A stretch of 11,595 nt of DNA from Fibrobacteria bacterium. Lineage in GTDB: Bacteria; Fibrobacterota; Fibrobacteria; UBA11236. The notes below the pieces were generated by a model that searched no databases, was not told the origin of the DNA, and worked only from the letters and a program-made list of their open reading frames with translations. The stretch covers positions 1 through 11,595 of the forward strand of contig JBGTHM010000022.1 in the NCBI GenBank assembly GCA_041746255.1, read 5' to 3'. The position numbers and the translations under genes are program-made. This document shows, piece after piece, positions 1-8,575 of this stretch (position 1 is the stretch's first letter; the number at the start of each line of letters is the position of its first letter).

Positions 1-750
1 GGTCAGGCGGGTAGGTGAGTGATGACTGCTGCCCTTGACATTGAAGGCGACATGGCCGTCTGGACCAATCCCTCCCAGAAAGAAACCGATGCCGCCCAGG
101 GAGCGTATCTTCCGTTCATATTGCTCGCATACTCTGTCGAAATATTCGATGACTTCCTTTTGCATCGCCTCGATGGAATTAGAGGGCTGCCTCTCCCGAA
201 GATTAAGACTGGCGAAACTTCCGCCGTGGAATAGGGCCTCCAAATTTGGAACTCGGGTCAGGGAATGATTCCTAGATGCGTCCATGTGGAAGGTGTCGAG
301 CAGCAGGGCGCGATCCGGATCGAAACCGAAGCCTTCCAGGTAATATTTCTTCACGTAATATCGGAAGGACCGTTCGTGAGTGGGATCCATGGGAAAGAAT
401 TCGTCGAGCTGCACGAAGTGGGCTTTGCGGCAGGACGGCTTGGGTTTCGCGTCCAAGCCGATGGTTTTGAGCAACCCGCTCTTCGCCTCCTCTTCCCAGT
501 TTTTGAGGTAATACTGTATCCATTTGATGAAATATTCGGGCGTGCGGCCGGTGGGAAGCGCTGCCAGTCCCTCGGGATTATCCTGCATCCACTCCAGGAA
601 GCGGAGGGCGGTGAGTTGGCCGAGTACGACATAATTAGCCACGGTAACCACGGGAATACGCTCCTCGCGCTGGTCCAGAAAAGGCAGCGGCGCCATCCGC
701 AGAAAATGGCGCTCGACGAGGGAGGCGGTGGAGGGAACAGGGTCCTGCAT
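1..750 (-). CDS. nagB: Glucosamine-6-phosphate deaminase/isomerase, long NagB-like form; partial, runs off the window start
   Basis: Translated by hand from ATG at 750: [19 protein letters not shown]...[14 protein letters not shown]...[11 protein letters not shown]...[40 protein letters not shown], open for 250 codons. LPTGxTP, LDEF and GGIGxDGHxAFN are NagB motifs. AAGGA lies ~10 nt upstream of the ATG. Confidence 0.88.
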   Translation of the reverse strand, partial: MQDPVPSTASLVERHFLRMAPLPFLDQREERIPVVTVANYVVLGQLTALRFLEWMQDNPEGLAALPTGRTPEYFIKWIQYYLKNWEEEAKSGLLKTIGLDAKPKPSCRKAHFVQLDEFFPMDPTHERSFRYYVKKYYLEGFGFDPDRALLLDTFHMDASRNHSLTRVPNLEALFHGGSFASLNLRERQPSNSIEAMQKEVIEYFDRVCEQYERKIRSLGGIGFFLGGIGPDGHVAFNVKGSSHHSPTRLT

Positions 751-798
751 GGAGGCGGCTTCCTTGTGTAAGAATTGAAGTGTTGGTTTTTTCAAGTT

Positions 799-3700
799 TT
801 AATTACCGATAGAGCGAATCACACCGAAAAGGATCCTTTTTGTTTGGACGGAAGGAGGCGCCCCCGTTTTGGGGTCCCGTCCGAATCGAAAGGTGGCTTT
901 AAGGATGTAGGCACCTGTACCGGCAAGTGTCCCTCGATCATCCTTTCCGGTCCAGACAAAACGAATAATATACGGATTACCGGGTTCCACGCTTCTTTCG
1001 AGAAAAGCCAAGTCGCTCTCCTCTACTTTTCCGGAAACTTTGGAGAGAAAAGCACCCAGATTGGAAAAGACACTGAATTCGTATTCCCCTGCCATGGGAA
1101 TTGTGGTATGGACCACCGGTCCCACCCAGGTGGGTTCGCGTCCCGGGTCGCATTGGCCGCATTTACCGTTGAGGTTTCCAGGTAGGGGCGTGCCGTCACT
1201 TCCGATGGGAATGAACAGACTCGGCATGCTGCCGGGATTGCCGCTACTAATCGCATTATCCCGACTTCCATTTGGAAAGGTGACAAACAGGGTCACGGGT
1301 CTGGCCGGGGGAATTACGCCTTCCAAATTTTGGAATTTCTTTATGCTCGGGGCGCGTGAGGAATTGTCCCGAGTTTCACCGTTCGTATTGATGGCCACGG
1401 AATCCCCGACAATTGGTACATAACCCGAGGTCGCGTCGTAAAAGAAAATGTATTGCCGTTCGCCTCCCGGCGCCACGGAGGATAGGCGCACCTCCACAGG
1501 CGGCAATTCCACGCCTTCTTGTTTGAAAACCAAAGGCGCTTGCGGCCCGGAAGCGATTAGGACCGGTTCGGAATAGGTGACCTCCACCAGCTTGGAAGCT
1601 GGGGGACCATCGGTTTCTTTGATTTCCGCTGTGAGGATGACCGGAGCCACGGAATCGTCCACGGGAAAATAGCCGTTACCTATGGGTACGTCGTCCTGGC
1701 GGAAGGATTGTCCCGAGGTTTCGCGGTTGGAGACGGAGGTGACTCCGTAGGGAAAGGGATCCGCAAAGGCGACCCCGAGGCGGGATTGGGTTCCCGACGC
1801 GAAGGTGATTCCGCCGCCCCTTTTAAGCACGGAGCGGTCATGGGTCTGCCCGGCGGCATCGACGATTTTGAAGGCCAGGCTGTCGGGAATGACGCCGATG
1901 TTTTCGGCGAAAACGATGACGGCTTTTTCGATACGGCCGTCGCCATCCTCGTCTAGGTACCAGGCCCGGTCGATATTGGCGGGAACAACCACCTGGGTAA
2001 AGGTCGCCGTAAGATACTCGCTATTGCGCCAATTCGGTTTGCTGGCGATGGCCTTGAGGGTTGTACTTTCGGCAAGGGTGACGGGACCGGTGTAGCGTTT
2101 GGTGGCGCCTCCTTCCGACGTACCGGGAAGGCTGCCGTCGGTGGTATAGAAGAGGGTCGCGCCATCGGTGGCCACGGCCAGGGTCACCTGTACGGAACGG
2201 CCGAATTCACCGCCGTTGGGATTGGCCGTGGGGGTGGGGATTTGGGGCGGCGGAGGTTCGTTGATGACCTTTACTTCCTGGATGGTGGCGTTGCCGCAGG
2301 AGTCGGTGACACGGAACCATAGTCTCTGGTTATCCGGGAGGGTTTGGGGAATGATAAAGTTCGGGGTGGTGGGGCTCCATTGCCGCCACTGGGTATCGAG
2401 GGTGTAGGCGAATTCCTTGATGCCCTTATTATCCGAGAATGTGCCGCGCAATTGCTCCCCTTTTCGGAAGGCGGTGTCGGCGAAGGTCATTTTGGGCCAT
2501 TCGACGTCCTGGGTGGTTCGGGTGCAAGGGATCTGCGAGTGATTGTGCACCCAAATGGAGTAGTCGGAGCTGTAGGTGTCCGAAGGGGTGGGGCGATCGT
2601 TGTGCTTGTTCACGAAGCCGCCCAAGTGCTGTCGGGCCACCCGCAGCAAGGTGAGGAAGTCGTAACGGTAGCTGATTTCGCTCGCCGTTCGGCCCGGGGC
2701 CTTGCCCTGCAAGGCATTGAAAGCGCAGCCCAAGTCGTTCCACAGGCTCTGGCGGGAGGCGGCGTTGATGCTGAAGTGCCAAAGTAATCCACCCTGACCT
2801 TGGGTGGTGACCGTGCCGCCCTGGCCAAAAAACAGTTCCCTCACCTGGACTAGGGTGATGCCCGCGTCGTAGATGGGCAAGGTGCCGCCGCAAGCGGCCG
2901 ACTGGGTGTTGGCGGTAACCAGGCGGTTCAGGGTTGAGAACACGCGCGTGATATAGTTGTGGGTGTTATGGTCGGGTCCGCCCACGTCCCAGGGAAACCG
3001 CTTCATACGGGAAGTGATATCGGCTGCCCCCAAGATGGCCGGGTCGGTGGTGGGCAGAACGTGGGTGGCGTAGTTGGTGGCGCCGGTTCCGGCGTCTATC
3101 TGGTTGGGCCCTATATGGTAGCCTCCCAGCATGAGCTTGAGCCCGGCGGCCTTGTCGGTTGCCTCCTCGAGGAACTGGCGAAAGCACAGATTCTGGGCGG
3201 CCTTAAGACCGTCGAAAAGCCACCAGAGGTTCATCGACGCCAAAAAGGCGGAGTTGAGCTGCTGGGGGGAGTTGGCGGCGGTCGGGCCCGTGCCTCCGGT
3301 TGAGACCAGGCGGTTCATGTTAGGGATACCCGCGAAGTACTTGGGGTAGTCCTTCATGAGGCGTCCCACGGCAGTCTGGTAGGTGACGGTGAAGGAACCA
3401 TAGGGGTTGGTGTCGATTCCGGTATTGGCGGGCGAGCGGTAGAGGGTTGTGCCGGTGGCATCTACCAGTCCCGCTCCGGATGTGGAGGCGCCCATGGCCA
3501 TAAGAAACTGCATATCGACGTAGAGGTACTCCTGCAGGGCGGCCATGGCCATCATGTAGAACTGTCCGCCGCCCATGGAGCCGGCGGGATCGAAGCGGAC
3601 GGTCTGTCCGCCCATAGCGTAGGTGCCCGAAGGGAGGGCGACCTGGATTTGCGATTGGCCGGCGTAGGAGTCTATGAATCCGCCGTATCCATCCCCTCGG

Positions 3701-4128
3701 TTGACGCCCAAGGCGTCCTGGAGACAGATGGCGGGGTTATAGAATGGACCGATGGTGTTAATGGCGGCGCATTGCATGGCCTCGGGCTCCTGGGGAGGGG
3801 AGGGCTCGTTGCAGGCGCCGATTTTGGCTTCAAGCTGACGATTGAAAGGCACGCCAATCTGTCCGGAGCATCCGGCGAAGTTGACGGCGGGGCTTTGGTT
3901 GGGGGGAATGAACCACCCGCCGCCGCCTTGCTGGGCGAACTGGCCGCGGACGTTGCCGGTGCCGATGGACATGCCGAATCCGCGCATATCCCACGGATCG
4001 GGGGTGTTGTTTCGATAGTCTATGGTAAGGGCGTCAAATGGATTGGCGCAAGTGCTCACGTTCATCGCCACTTCGCCGTGAACGACAGAATGCCACAAAC
4101 AGAGGGCCAGGACTCCGGATTTTTTCAT
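799..4128 (-). CDS. Large secreted modular protein: signal peptide, Cys-containing N-terminal region with lysozyme-like (SLT/GH23-type) motifs, chitobiase/beta-hexosaminidase C-terminal (Fn3-associated) domain, C-terminal Ig-like surface module
   Basis: Long open frame (track 799..4143). Likely start is ATG 4128 (GAGGG 5 nt upstream; MKKSGVLALCLWHSVVHG signal-like). A Pro linker (EPPPPQIPTP) precedes PTANPNGGEF..VTL..ATDGATLFYTTDGS.P...YTGPVTLAESTTLKAIA (CHB_HEX_C/Fn3_assoc pattern, ~1995-2240). Then RAWYLDEDGDGRIEKAVIVF...DSVAPVI...WTGKDDRGTLAGTGAYILKA. Confidence 0.8.
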   Translation of the reverse strand: MKKSGVLALCLWHSVVHGEVAMNVSTCANPFDALTIDYRNNTPDPWDMRGFGMSIGTGNVRGQFAQQGGGGWFIPPNQSPAVNFAGCSGQIGVPFNRQLEAKIGACNEPSPPQEPEAMQCAAINTIGPFYNPAICLQDALGVNRGDGYGGFIDSYAGQSQIQVALPSGTYAMGGQTVRFDPAGSMGGGQFYMMAMAALQEYLYVDMQFLMAMGASTSGAGLVDATGTTLYRSPANTGIDTNPYGSFTVTYQTAVGRLMKDYPKYFAGIPNMNRLVSTGGTGPTAANSPQQLNSAFLASMNLWWLFDGLKAAQNLCFRQFLEEATDKAAGLKLMLGGYHIGPNQIDAGTGATNYATHVLPTTDPAILGAADITSRMKRFPWDVGGPDHNTHNYITRVFSTLNRLVTANTQSAACGGTLPIYDAGITLVQVRELFFGQGGTVTTQGQGGLLWHFSINAASRQSLWNDLGCAFNALQGKAPGRTASEISYRYDFLTLLRVARQHLGGFVNKHNDRPTPSDTYSSDYSIWVHNHSQIPCTRTTQDVEWPKMTFADTAFRKGEQLRGTFSDNKGIKEFAYTLDTQWRQWSPTTPNFIIPQTLPDNQRLWFRVTDSCGNATIQEVKVINEPPPPQIPTPTANPNGGEFGRSVQVTLAVATDGATLFYTTDGSLPGTSEGGATKRYTGPVTLAESTTLKAIASKPNWRNSEYLTATFTQVVVPANIDRAWYLDEDGDGRIEKAVIVFAENIGVIPDSLAFKIVDAAGQTHDRSVLKRGGGITFASGTQSRLGVAFADPFPYGVTSVSNRETSGQSFRQDDVPIGNGYFPVDDSVAPVILTAEIKETDGPPASKLVEVTYSEPVLIASGPQAPLVFKQEGVELPPVEVRLSSVAPGGERQYIFFYDATSGYVPIVGDSVAINTNGETRDNSSRAPSIKKFQNLEGVIPPARPVTLFVTFPNGSRDNAISSGNPGSMPSLFIPIGSDGTPLPGNLNGKCGQCDPGREPTWVGPVVHTTIPMAGEYEFSVFSNLGAFLSKVSGKVEESDLAFLERSVEPGNPYIIRFVWTGKDDRGTLAGTGAYILKATFRFGRDPKTGAPPSVQTKRILFGVIRSIGN

Positions 4129-4431
4129 AATACCCTCGATCAAAGTTTTATCGTATTCACAGAAGTAAAACTATGGTCGAGTAGAGCAGATGTCTATTCA
4201 ACGAAAGTTGAAAGTGATGAAATCCAGTTCATCGCTCAAACTGGTTTGTTATCAATAGGGGATTTCGACGAGGTCGGGCTGATGCTGCTGAGATGTTGAT
4301 TTAGAATGCCGGCTATTTCTTGGGCCATGCCGGTGAGCAATACAGGCTGCCCCCCAAACAATCAAAAACGCGGGGAATCCAATACTTTACCGGATTTTTC
4401 ACGAAGCTGCATTTATATTTCGTTGATGCTA

Positions 4432-4489
4432 TTTTTTGGTATTTTATCCGCATCTTTTAGTATTTTTTTGCTATTTCGGCGTTAATTTT
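4432..4489 (+). promoter_or_regulatory. Phased T-tracts in the divergent intergenic region (possible intrinsically curved promoter DNA)
   Basis: T runs start at 4432, 4442, 4455, 4463, 4474 and 4486 (mean spacing ~10.8 bp), upstream of the AAGGAG RBS and ATG 4552. Confidence 0.35.
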
Positions 4490-4551
4490 CCTACCTTCAA
4501 AACTATCAGTCGGGTTAGAGTCGCCTGTTTTATGCCGCAAAGGAGCATGCA

Positions 4552-6330
4552 ATGTTTTCAATTAATTGGTCAGACACCCACAGAATAAAGCTCGATCAAC
4601 CAAATAGCACAATAAAACCATTCGCTCATTTTACTATGCTATTTTTGCTATTCGGGCCCGCGATAATTTTTGGCGCTAACTATTACATTGATCCCGCTGG
4701 TAACGACAAAAACAACGGCCTAAGCCCGTCCGCGGCCTGGAAGACCCTCGCCAAATTAAATTCAGTCGAATTTCAAAAGAGTGACAGCATATTGTTTGCC
4801 GCCGGTGGAATTTGGACCGGGCAACTAAAACCAAAGGGTTCGGGCGTTAAGGGCAGGCCAATTGTAGTTGATACATATGGCTCCGGAAATCTGCCCATAA
4901 TTAATGGCAATGGGTTGCTGGGTGAGGCCGTTATATACCTGTATAGGCTTTCCTATTGGGAAATTAATAACCTGGAAATAACCAACAAAGCATCCTCCGG
5001 AGGGGATCGGCGCGGTATACAAGTGGTGGGGCCATACACTCATGTACACCTGAAAGGTCTCAAAATCCACGATGTCAAAGGCATTGTTGGCCAGTCATAC
5101 GAAGCTAAAGGTACGGGAGCGATAGCCTTTACTGGAAGCGGCAATGATATTTTAGTCGACAATTGCACCATTTATAGTATTGATAATACGGGCATCTACA
5201 CTGCCGGCAGTAAGTTCCAAAACGTACGATTTTCCAACAATACAATCAGTGATATCGCCAAAAATGCAATCATCTTAAGGCGTTGCGATTCAACCTGTGT
5301 GGTAGAACGGAATATAGTATTCAACACAGCACTCCGTGCCGGTACAGGAAACATGATTTTTTCGGCAGGGTGCGATGGCTCTATTTTTCAGTTTAATGAA
5401 GGCTACCTAAATAAAGCGACAGGCAATTATGATGGCAGCCTATATGATTTAGATATCGACGGAGGTTCCAACACAAAGTGGCAGTACAGTTACAGCCACG
5501 ATAATAACTATGGATTCATGTGGTTTCCATCTGAAGCCACTGATACCGGGGTAGTTGTGAGGTACAATGTAAGTCAGAATGACAAAAAACGAATTTTAGC
5601 TTTTGCCAGGCACCTGGGATCCGCCACATTCTATAACAACGTATTCTATATCGGTCCCAATGTAAATCCCGATATAATTTGGCAGTCTTCCAACTACACG
5701 CAAAATACAAATTTTTACAATAATATTATTTACAATTTGAGTTCGGGAGCTTCCTATAAATTTTCACCGACATCAAAAAACACTTTTGAGTACAACGTCT
5801 TTTATGGCAAACACCCGAGCAATGAGCCAAAAGATCCTTTTAAATTAACATCCGATCCGCAATTTGTTAATCCAGGATCAGGTAAAAATGGGATTAATAC
5901 ATTGGGTGGCTATGCGCTAAAAAAAACGTCTCCTGCCATTAATTCGGGCAAGGTGATAAAAAACCACGGCGGAAGAGATTTTTTTGGAAATCCATTATAC
6001 AACGGAAAACCCGATCGCGGTATATTCGAGTTTCCCAAAGATACGGTGGCAACCGCTCCAATAGATACGGTGCCAACGGCTATTACTTCGAACCATGAAT
6101 ACAATTCAAAGTCTCTGCGAGGAATAAATAACTCGAGATACCTTAAATGGTTACAACAGGGCGCGGACATTCCGACTAACCAACCTGTTCGGCTTTATGA
6201 CGGAAGAGGTATTTATCGTGGCACGATTGAAAGAAATTCCTCGAACATAATCCGGCTAAATGGACATTCGGCAAACTCCGGGTTTTTATATTCAGAGCCT
6301 TTTCCCGAAAAAGCAAGTGCAAAGAAATGA
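4552..6330 (+). CDS. Secreted right-handed beta-helix protein, GH136 (lacto-N-biosidase LnbX)-like glycoside hydrolase
   Basis: AAGGAG RBS 6 nt before the ATG; hydrophobic stretch ending IIFGA. YYID..GND.NNG.SP..AWKTL.K.N start, GQLKPKGSG..G.PI motif, Asn/Ile-rich beta-helix coils, DGSLYDLD (Asp294/Asp301) followed by QYSYSHDN.YGFM, and a C-terminal SPAINSG...RDFFGNP...PDRGIFE cap. Confidence 0.72.
   Translation: MFSINWSDTHRIKLDQPNSTIKPFAHFTMLFLLFGPAIIFGANYYIDPAGNDKNNGLSPSAAWKTLAKLNSVEFQKSDSILFAAGGIWTGQLKPKGSGVKGRPIVVDTYGSGNLPIINGNGLLGEAVIYLYRLSYWEINNLEITNKASSGGDRRGIQVVGPYTHVHLKGLKIHDVKGIVGQSYEAKGTGAIAFTGSGNDILVDNCTIYSIDNTGIYTAGSKFQNVRFSNNTISDIAKNAIILRRCDSTCVVERNIVFNTALRAGTGNMIFSAGCDGSIFQFNEGYLNKATGNYDGSLYDLDIDGGSNTKWQYSYSHDNNYGFMWFPSEATDTGVVVRYNVSQNDKKRILAFARHLGSATFYNNVFYIGPNVNPDIIWQSSNYTQNTNFYNNIIYNLSSGASYKFSPTSKNTFEYNVFYGKHPSNEPKDPFKLTSDPQFVNPGSGKNGINTLGGYALKKTSPAINSGKVIKNHGGRDFFGNPLYNGKPDRGIFEFPKDTVATAPIDTVPTAITSNHEYNSKSLRGINNSRYLKWLQQGADIPTNQPVRLYDGRGIYRGTIERNSSNIIRLNGHSANSGFLYSEPFPEKASAKK
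6039..6081 (+). repeat. Two-copy 19-bp direct repeat (period 24 bp) encoding the linker DTVATAPIDTVPTA
   Basis: AGATACGGTGGCAACCGCT (6039-6057) vs AGATACGGTGCCAACGGCT (6063-6081), 17/19 identical. Confidence 0.7.
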
Positions 6331-6335
6331 AATGA

Positions 6336-7403
6336 GTGATGCTTTTTATTTCATTCGGGATGTGGGGGCGAAGGAATTCCAATCCTGGCATTTACCATAC
6401 CCTGCTAAAATTATTTTCTATTGGAATTGCTCTAGCCGGTGTCTTAAATTTTTCCGGCTGCAGAGAAGAAGTAATTAGCCCGATTGTAATTATCAATGGC
6501 GAACCCGTCCATGCCGCTGAGTTTGATTTTTATGCTGCAAGCCATAGGGGTGAGATCTACCAATATTTTTCCCAGCGGTACCAATCGTTGGATAGGTCAA
6601 ATATTTGGGACCGGAGATTCGGTGAGGAATCCCCCTTAGATATGCTCAAGTCCAGGACTATAGACCATATCGTAAGAGACAAGACGGTGCTAAAATGGGC
6701 CCAAGAAGCAGGGCTCATAAAAGACATTTCCCACCAGGCCTTTCTTGATGAATTATTAGAAGTAAATGATCAAAGAAAAATGGCCGTAGACTCCGGACAA
6801 ATAATTTACGGACCTATTCAATGGAATCCATTTAATTTTTACCAGGTACGACAAAGCAAAGTTGAACTAAAACTCAAAAATATTTTGGAATCCGATTCCT
6901 CATTATATTCCAGTTCAAGAATCAGAGAAGTTTACGAATTTCATAAAAATACGGTATTTTCCAATGACTCCTTGCGATTTATAAAAATCTTTGCAGTGGG
7001 AAATAAAATACCTGTAGTCAGAGAAAGGTTAAAGAAATTGTTTTTTTCGATTAAAAAATGTTTTGACACGTCTCAAAAAATAGCCTGTATTCCTGAAATC
7101 AAAAACAATGCGAAAACCTATAGATTAGATACGACGTACTTCAATTTAGGATTGCAGATTCATGATGGTGACAACGAAACAAGATTTAATCTTACTGACG
7201 ATCTTAGGTCCCTGAAGCCCGGAGAATCTGGAGAAGTCATTGAATCTTTGGATTCTATTTTGCTTTTTTTATGCCTGAATTCCATCAAAGGATTTCAGCC
7301 CCTTTCGGAGACCGAAATACCCATTCGCCAAATAATCCTTGATACCGAATTCCAAAAAGTGATTGGGGACCGAATAAAAAAATCAGTGGTTAAGTTAAAT
7401 TGA
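6336..7403 (+). CDS. Lipoprotein with a SurA/PrsA-like chaperone fold; candidate LnbY/Lnb136-I-like partner of the upstream GH136-like enzyme
   Basis: Starts 5 nt after the upstream stop (real start may be ATG 6339 or 6360). Hydrophobic stretch plus lipobox-like NFSGC, IINGEPV..AEF SurA-N-like start, helical region ending GQIIYGP, and a C-terminal LKPGESGEVIES parvulin-like remnant. Confidence 0.62.
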   Translation: MMLFISFGMWGRRNSNPGIYHTLLKLFSIGIALAGVLNFSGCREEVISPIVIINGEPVHAAEFDFYAASHRGEIYQYFSQRYQSLDRSNIWDRRFGEESPLDMLKSRTIDHIVRDKTVLKWAQEAGLIKDISHQAFLDELLEVNDQRKMAVDSGQIIYGPIQWNPFNFYQVRQSKVELKLKNILESDSSLYSSSRIREVYEFHKNTVFSNDSLRFIKIFAVGNKIPVVRERLKKLFFSIKKCFDTSQKIACIPEIKNNAKTYRLDTTYFNLGLQIHDGDNETRFNLTDDLRSLKPGESGEVIESLDSILLFLCLNSIKGFQPLSETEIPIRQIILDTEFQKVIGDRIKKSVVKLN

Positions 7404-7430
7404 TGATCTATAAAGAACAGGAAAGTCCTC

Positions 7431-8534
7431 ATGCCCGCGCTCAAAATTCGAGATAAAGCCGACTGTCAATTTGATGAAATTTCGCTCGGTGAAGTGATGC
7501 TGCGCCTGGATCCGGGCGATTCGCGCATCCGCACCGCCCGTGAATTCAAGGCGTGGGAGGGCGGCGGAGAATACAATGTGGCCCGCGGCCTACGCAAATG
7601 TTTCGGAATGCGCACCACGTTGGTCACGGCTTTGGCCGAAAACGATGTGGGCCGTTTGCTGGAGGACTTCATCCTGCAGGGTGGCGTCGACACCACCTTC
7701 ATCCGCTGGATGCCTTATGACGGTCTGGGCCGCAGCGTTCGTAACGGCATTAACTTCACCGAACGAGGCTATGGCGTACGCGGCGCCATTGGTGTATCGG
7801 ACAGGGGTCACACCGCTGCTTCGCAACTCAAAAAAGGCGATATCGACTGGGAAGGTATCTTCTCGCGCGGGGTACGCTGGTTCCACACGGGCGGGATTTA
7901 TGCCGCGCTCTCCGAAACCACTCCGGAAGTCATCGAGGAGGCGATGAGGGCGGCCAAAAAATATGGCACCATCATCTCCTACGATCTCAACTACCGCCCC
8001 AGCCTCTGGGAGAATTTCGGCGGCCTGGAACAGGCCCGCAAGGTGAACCGAACCCTGGCGCAATACGTCGACGTGATGATGGGGATCGGAAACGAAGGGG
8101 ATTTCATTCCCTCGATGGACACTGAAGTCAAGGGTGTCAAGGAAAACTCCTCTCTGCTCGACATCGCCAATTTCAAGCGCATGGTCGAGAGCTTCACCAA
8201 GGACTTTCCCAATTTCAAGATCATAGCCACCACCTTGCGCGGCGTTAAATCGGCCAGCAACAACGACTGGGGCGCCATCGCTTGGGCCGATGGCAAATTC
8301 CACATGTCCACCCATCGCGAGGCCCTGGAAATCTACGACCGCGTGGGAGGCGGCGACAACTTCGCCTCTGGCCTTATCTATGGATTGATGGAAAAAGGCG
8401 ACCTTCTACAGGCACTCGAATACGGCGCCGCTCATGGCGCGCTGGCCATGACCACTCCGGGCGACACCTCCATGTCCTCGCTGGCCGAAGTGGAGAAACT
8501 CGCCAAGGGCGGAAGCGCCCGCGTGCAACGATAA
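7431..8534 (+). CDS. kdgK: PfkB-family sugar kinase, 2-keto-3-deoxygluconate kinase
   Basis: LGEVMLRLDP, EGGGEYNVARGL, WFHTGGIYAALS, SYDLNYRPSLW, GNE, DRVGGGDNFASGLIYG, and AMTTPGD...GGSARVQR end typical of the KdgK subfamily; AGGA RBS upstream. Confidence 0.9.
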   Translation: MPALKIRDKADCQFDEISLGEVMLRLDPGDSRIRTAREFKAWEGGGEYNVARGLRKCFGMRTTLVTALAENDVGRLLEDFILQGGVDTTFIRWMPYDGLGRSVRNGINFTERGYGVRGAIGVSDRGHTAASQLKKGDIDWEGIFSRGVRWFHTGGIYAALSETTPEVIEEAMRAAKKYGTIISYDLNYRPSLWENFGGLEQARKVNRTLAQYVDVMMGIGNEGDFIPSMDTEVKGVKENSSLLDIANFKRMVESFTKDFPNFKIIATTLRGVKSASNNDWGAIAWADGKFHMSTHREALEIYDRVGGGDNFASGLIYGLMEKGDLLQALEYGAAHGALAMTTPGDTSMSSLAEVEKLAKGGSARVQR

Positions 8535-8556
8535 GATTTCAAAACACAGAGCTATT

Positions 8557-8575
8557 GCGCAAAAGTCTTTTTCGC
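8557..8575. promoter_or_regulatory. 19-bp near-perfect palindrome, possible operator or weak hairpin
   Basis: GCGCAAAAGTCTTTTTCGC: 8 of 9 arm positions complementary around a 1-nt centre, in the kdgK-PL6 intergenic region. Confidence 0.35.

Noticed and set aside
19..771. Plus-strand ORFs 19..234, 35..268, 265..771 and short off-frame minus ORFs
   Set aside because: Shadows of the nagB-like gene, which has clear family motifs; these ORFs have none.
4129..4143. TTG start at 4143 given by the ORF track
   Set aside because: ATG 4128 has a well-spaced GAGGG and yields a typical MKK signal peptide.
775..4299. Many 60-216 aa ORFs overlapping the large minus-strand gene (e.g. 3649..4299 +, 2429..2893 -)
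   Set aside because: Expected antisense/alternate frames of GC-rich coding DNA; no recognisable motifs.
4144..4430. Possible sRNA, riboswitch or sigma70 promoter in the long intergenic region
   Set aside because: No convincing stem-loop, terminator or -35/-10 pair could be identified by eye.
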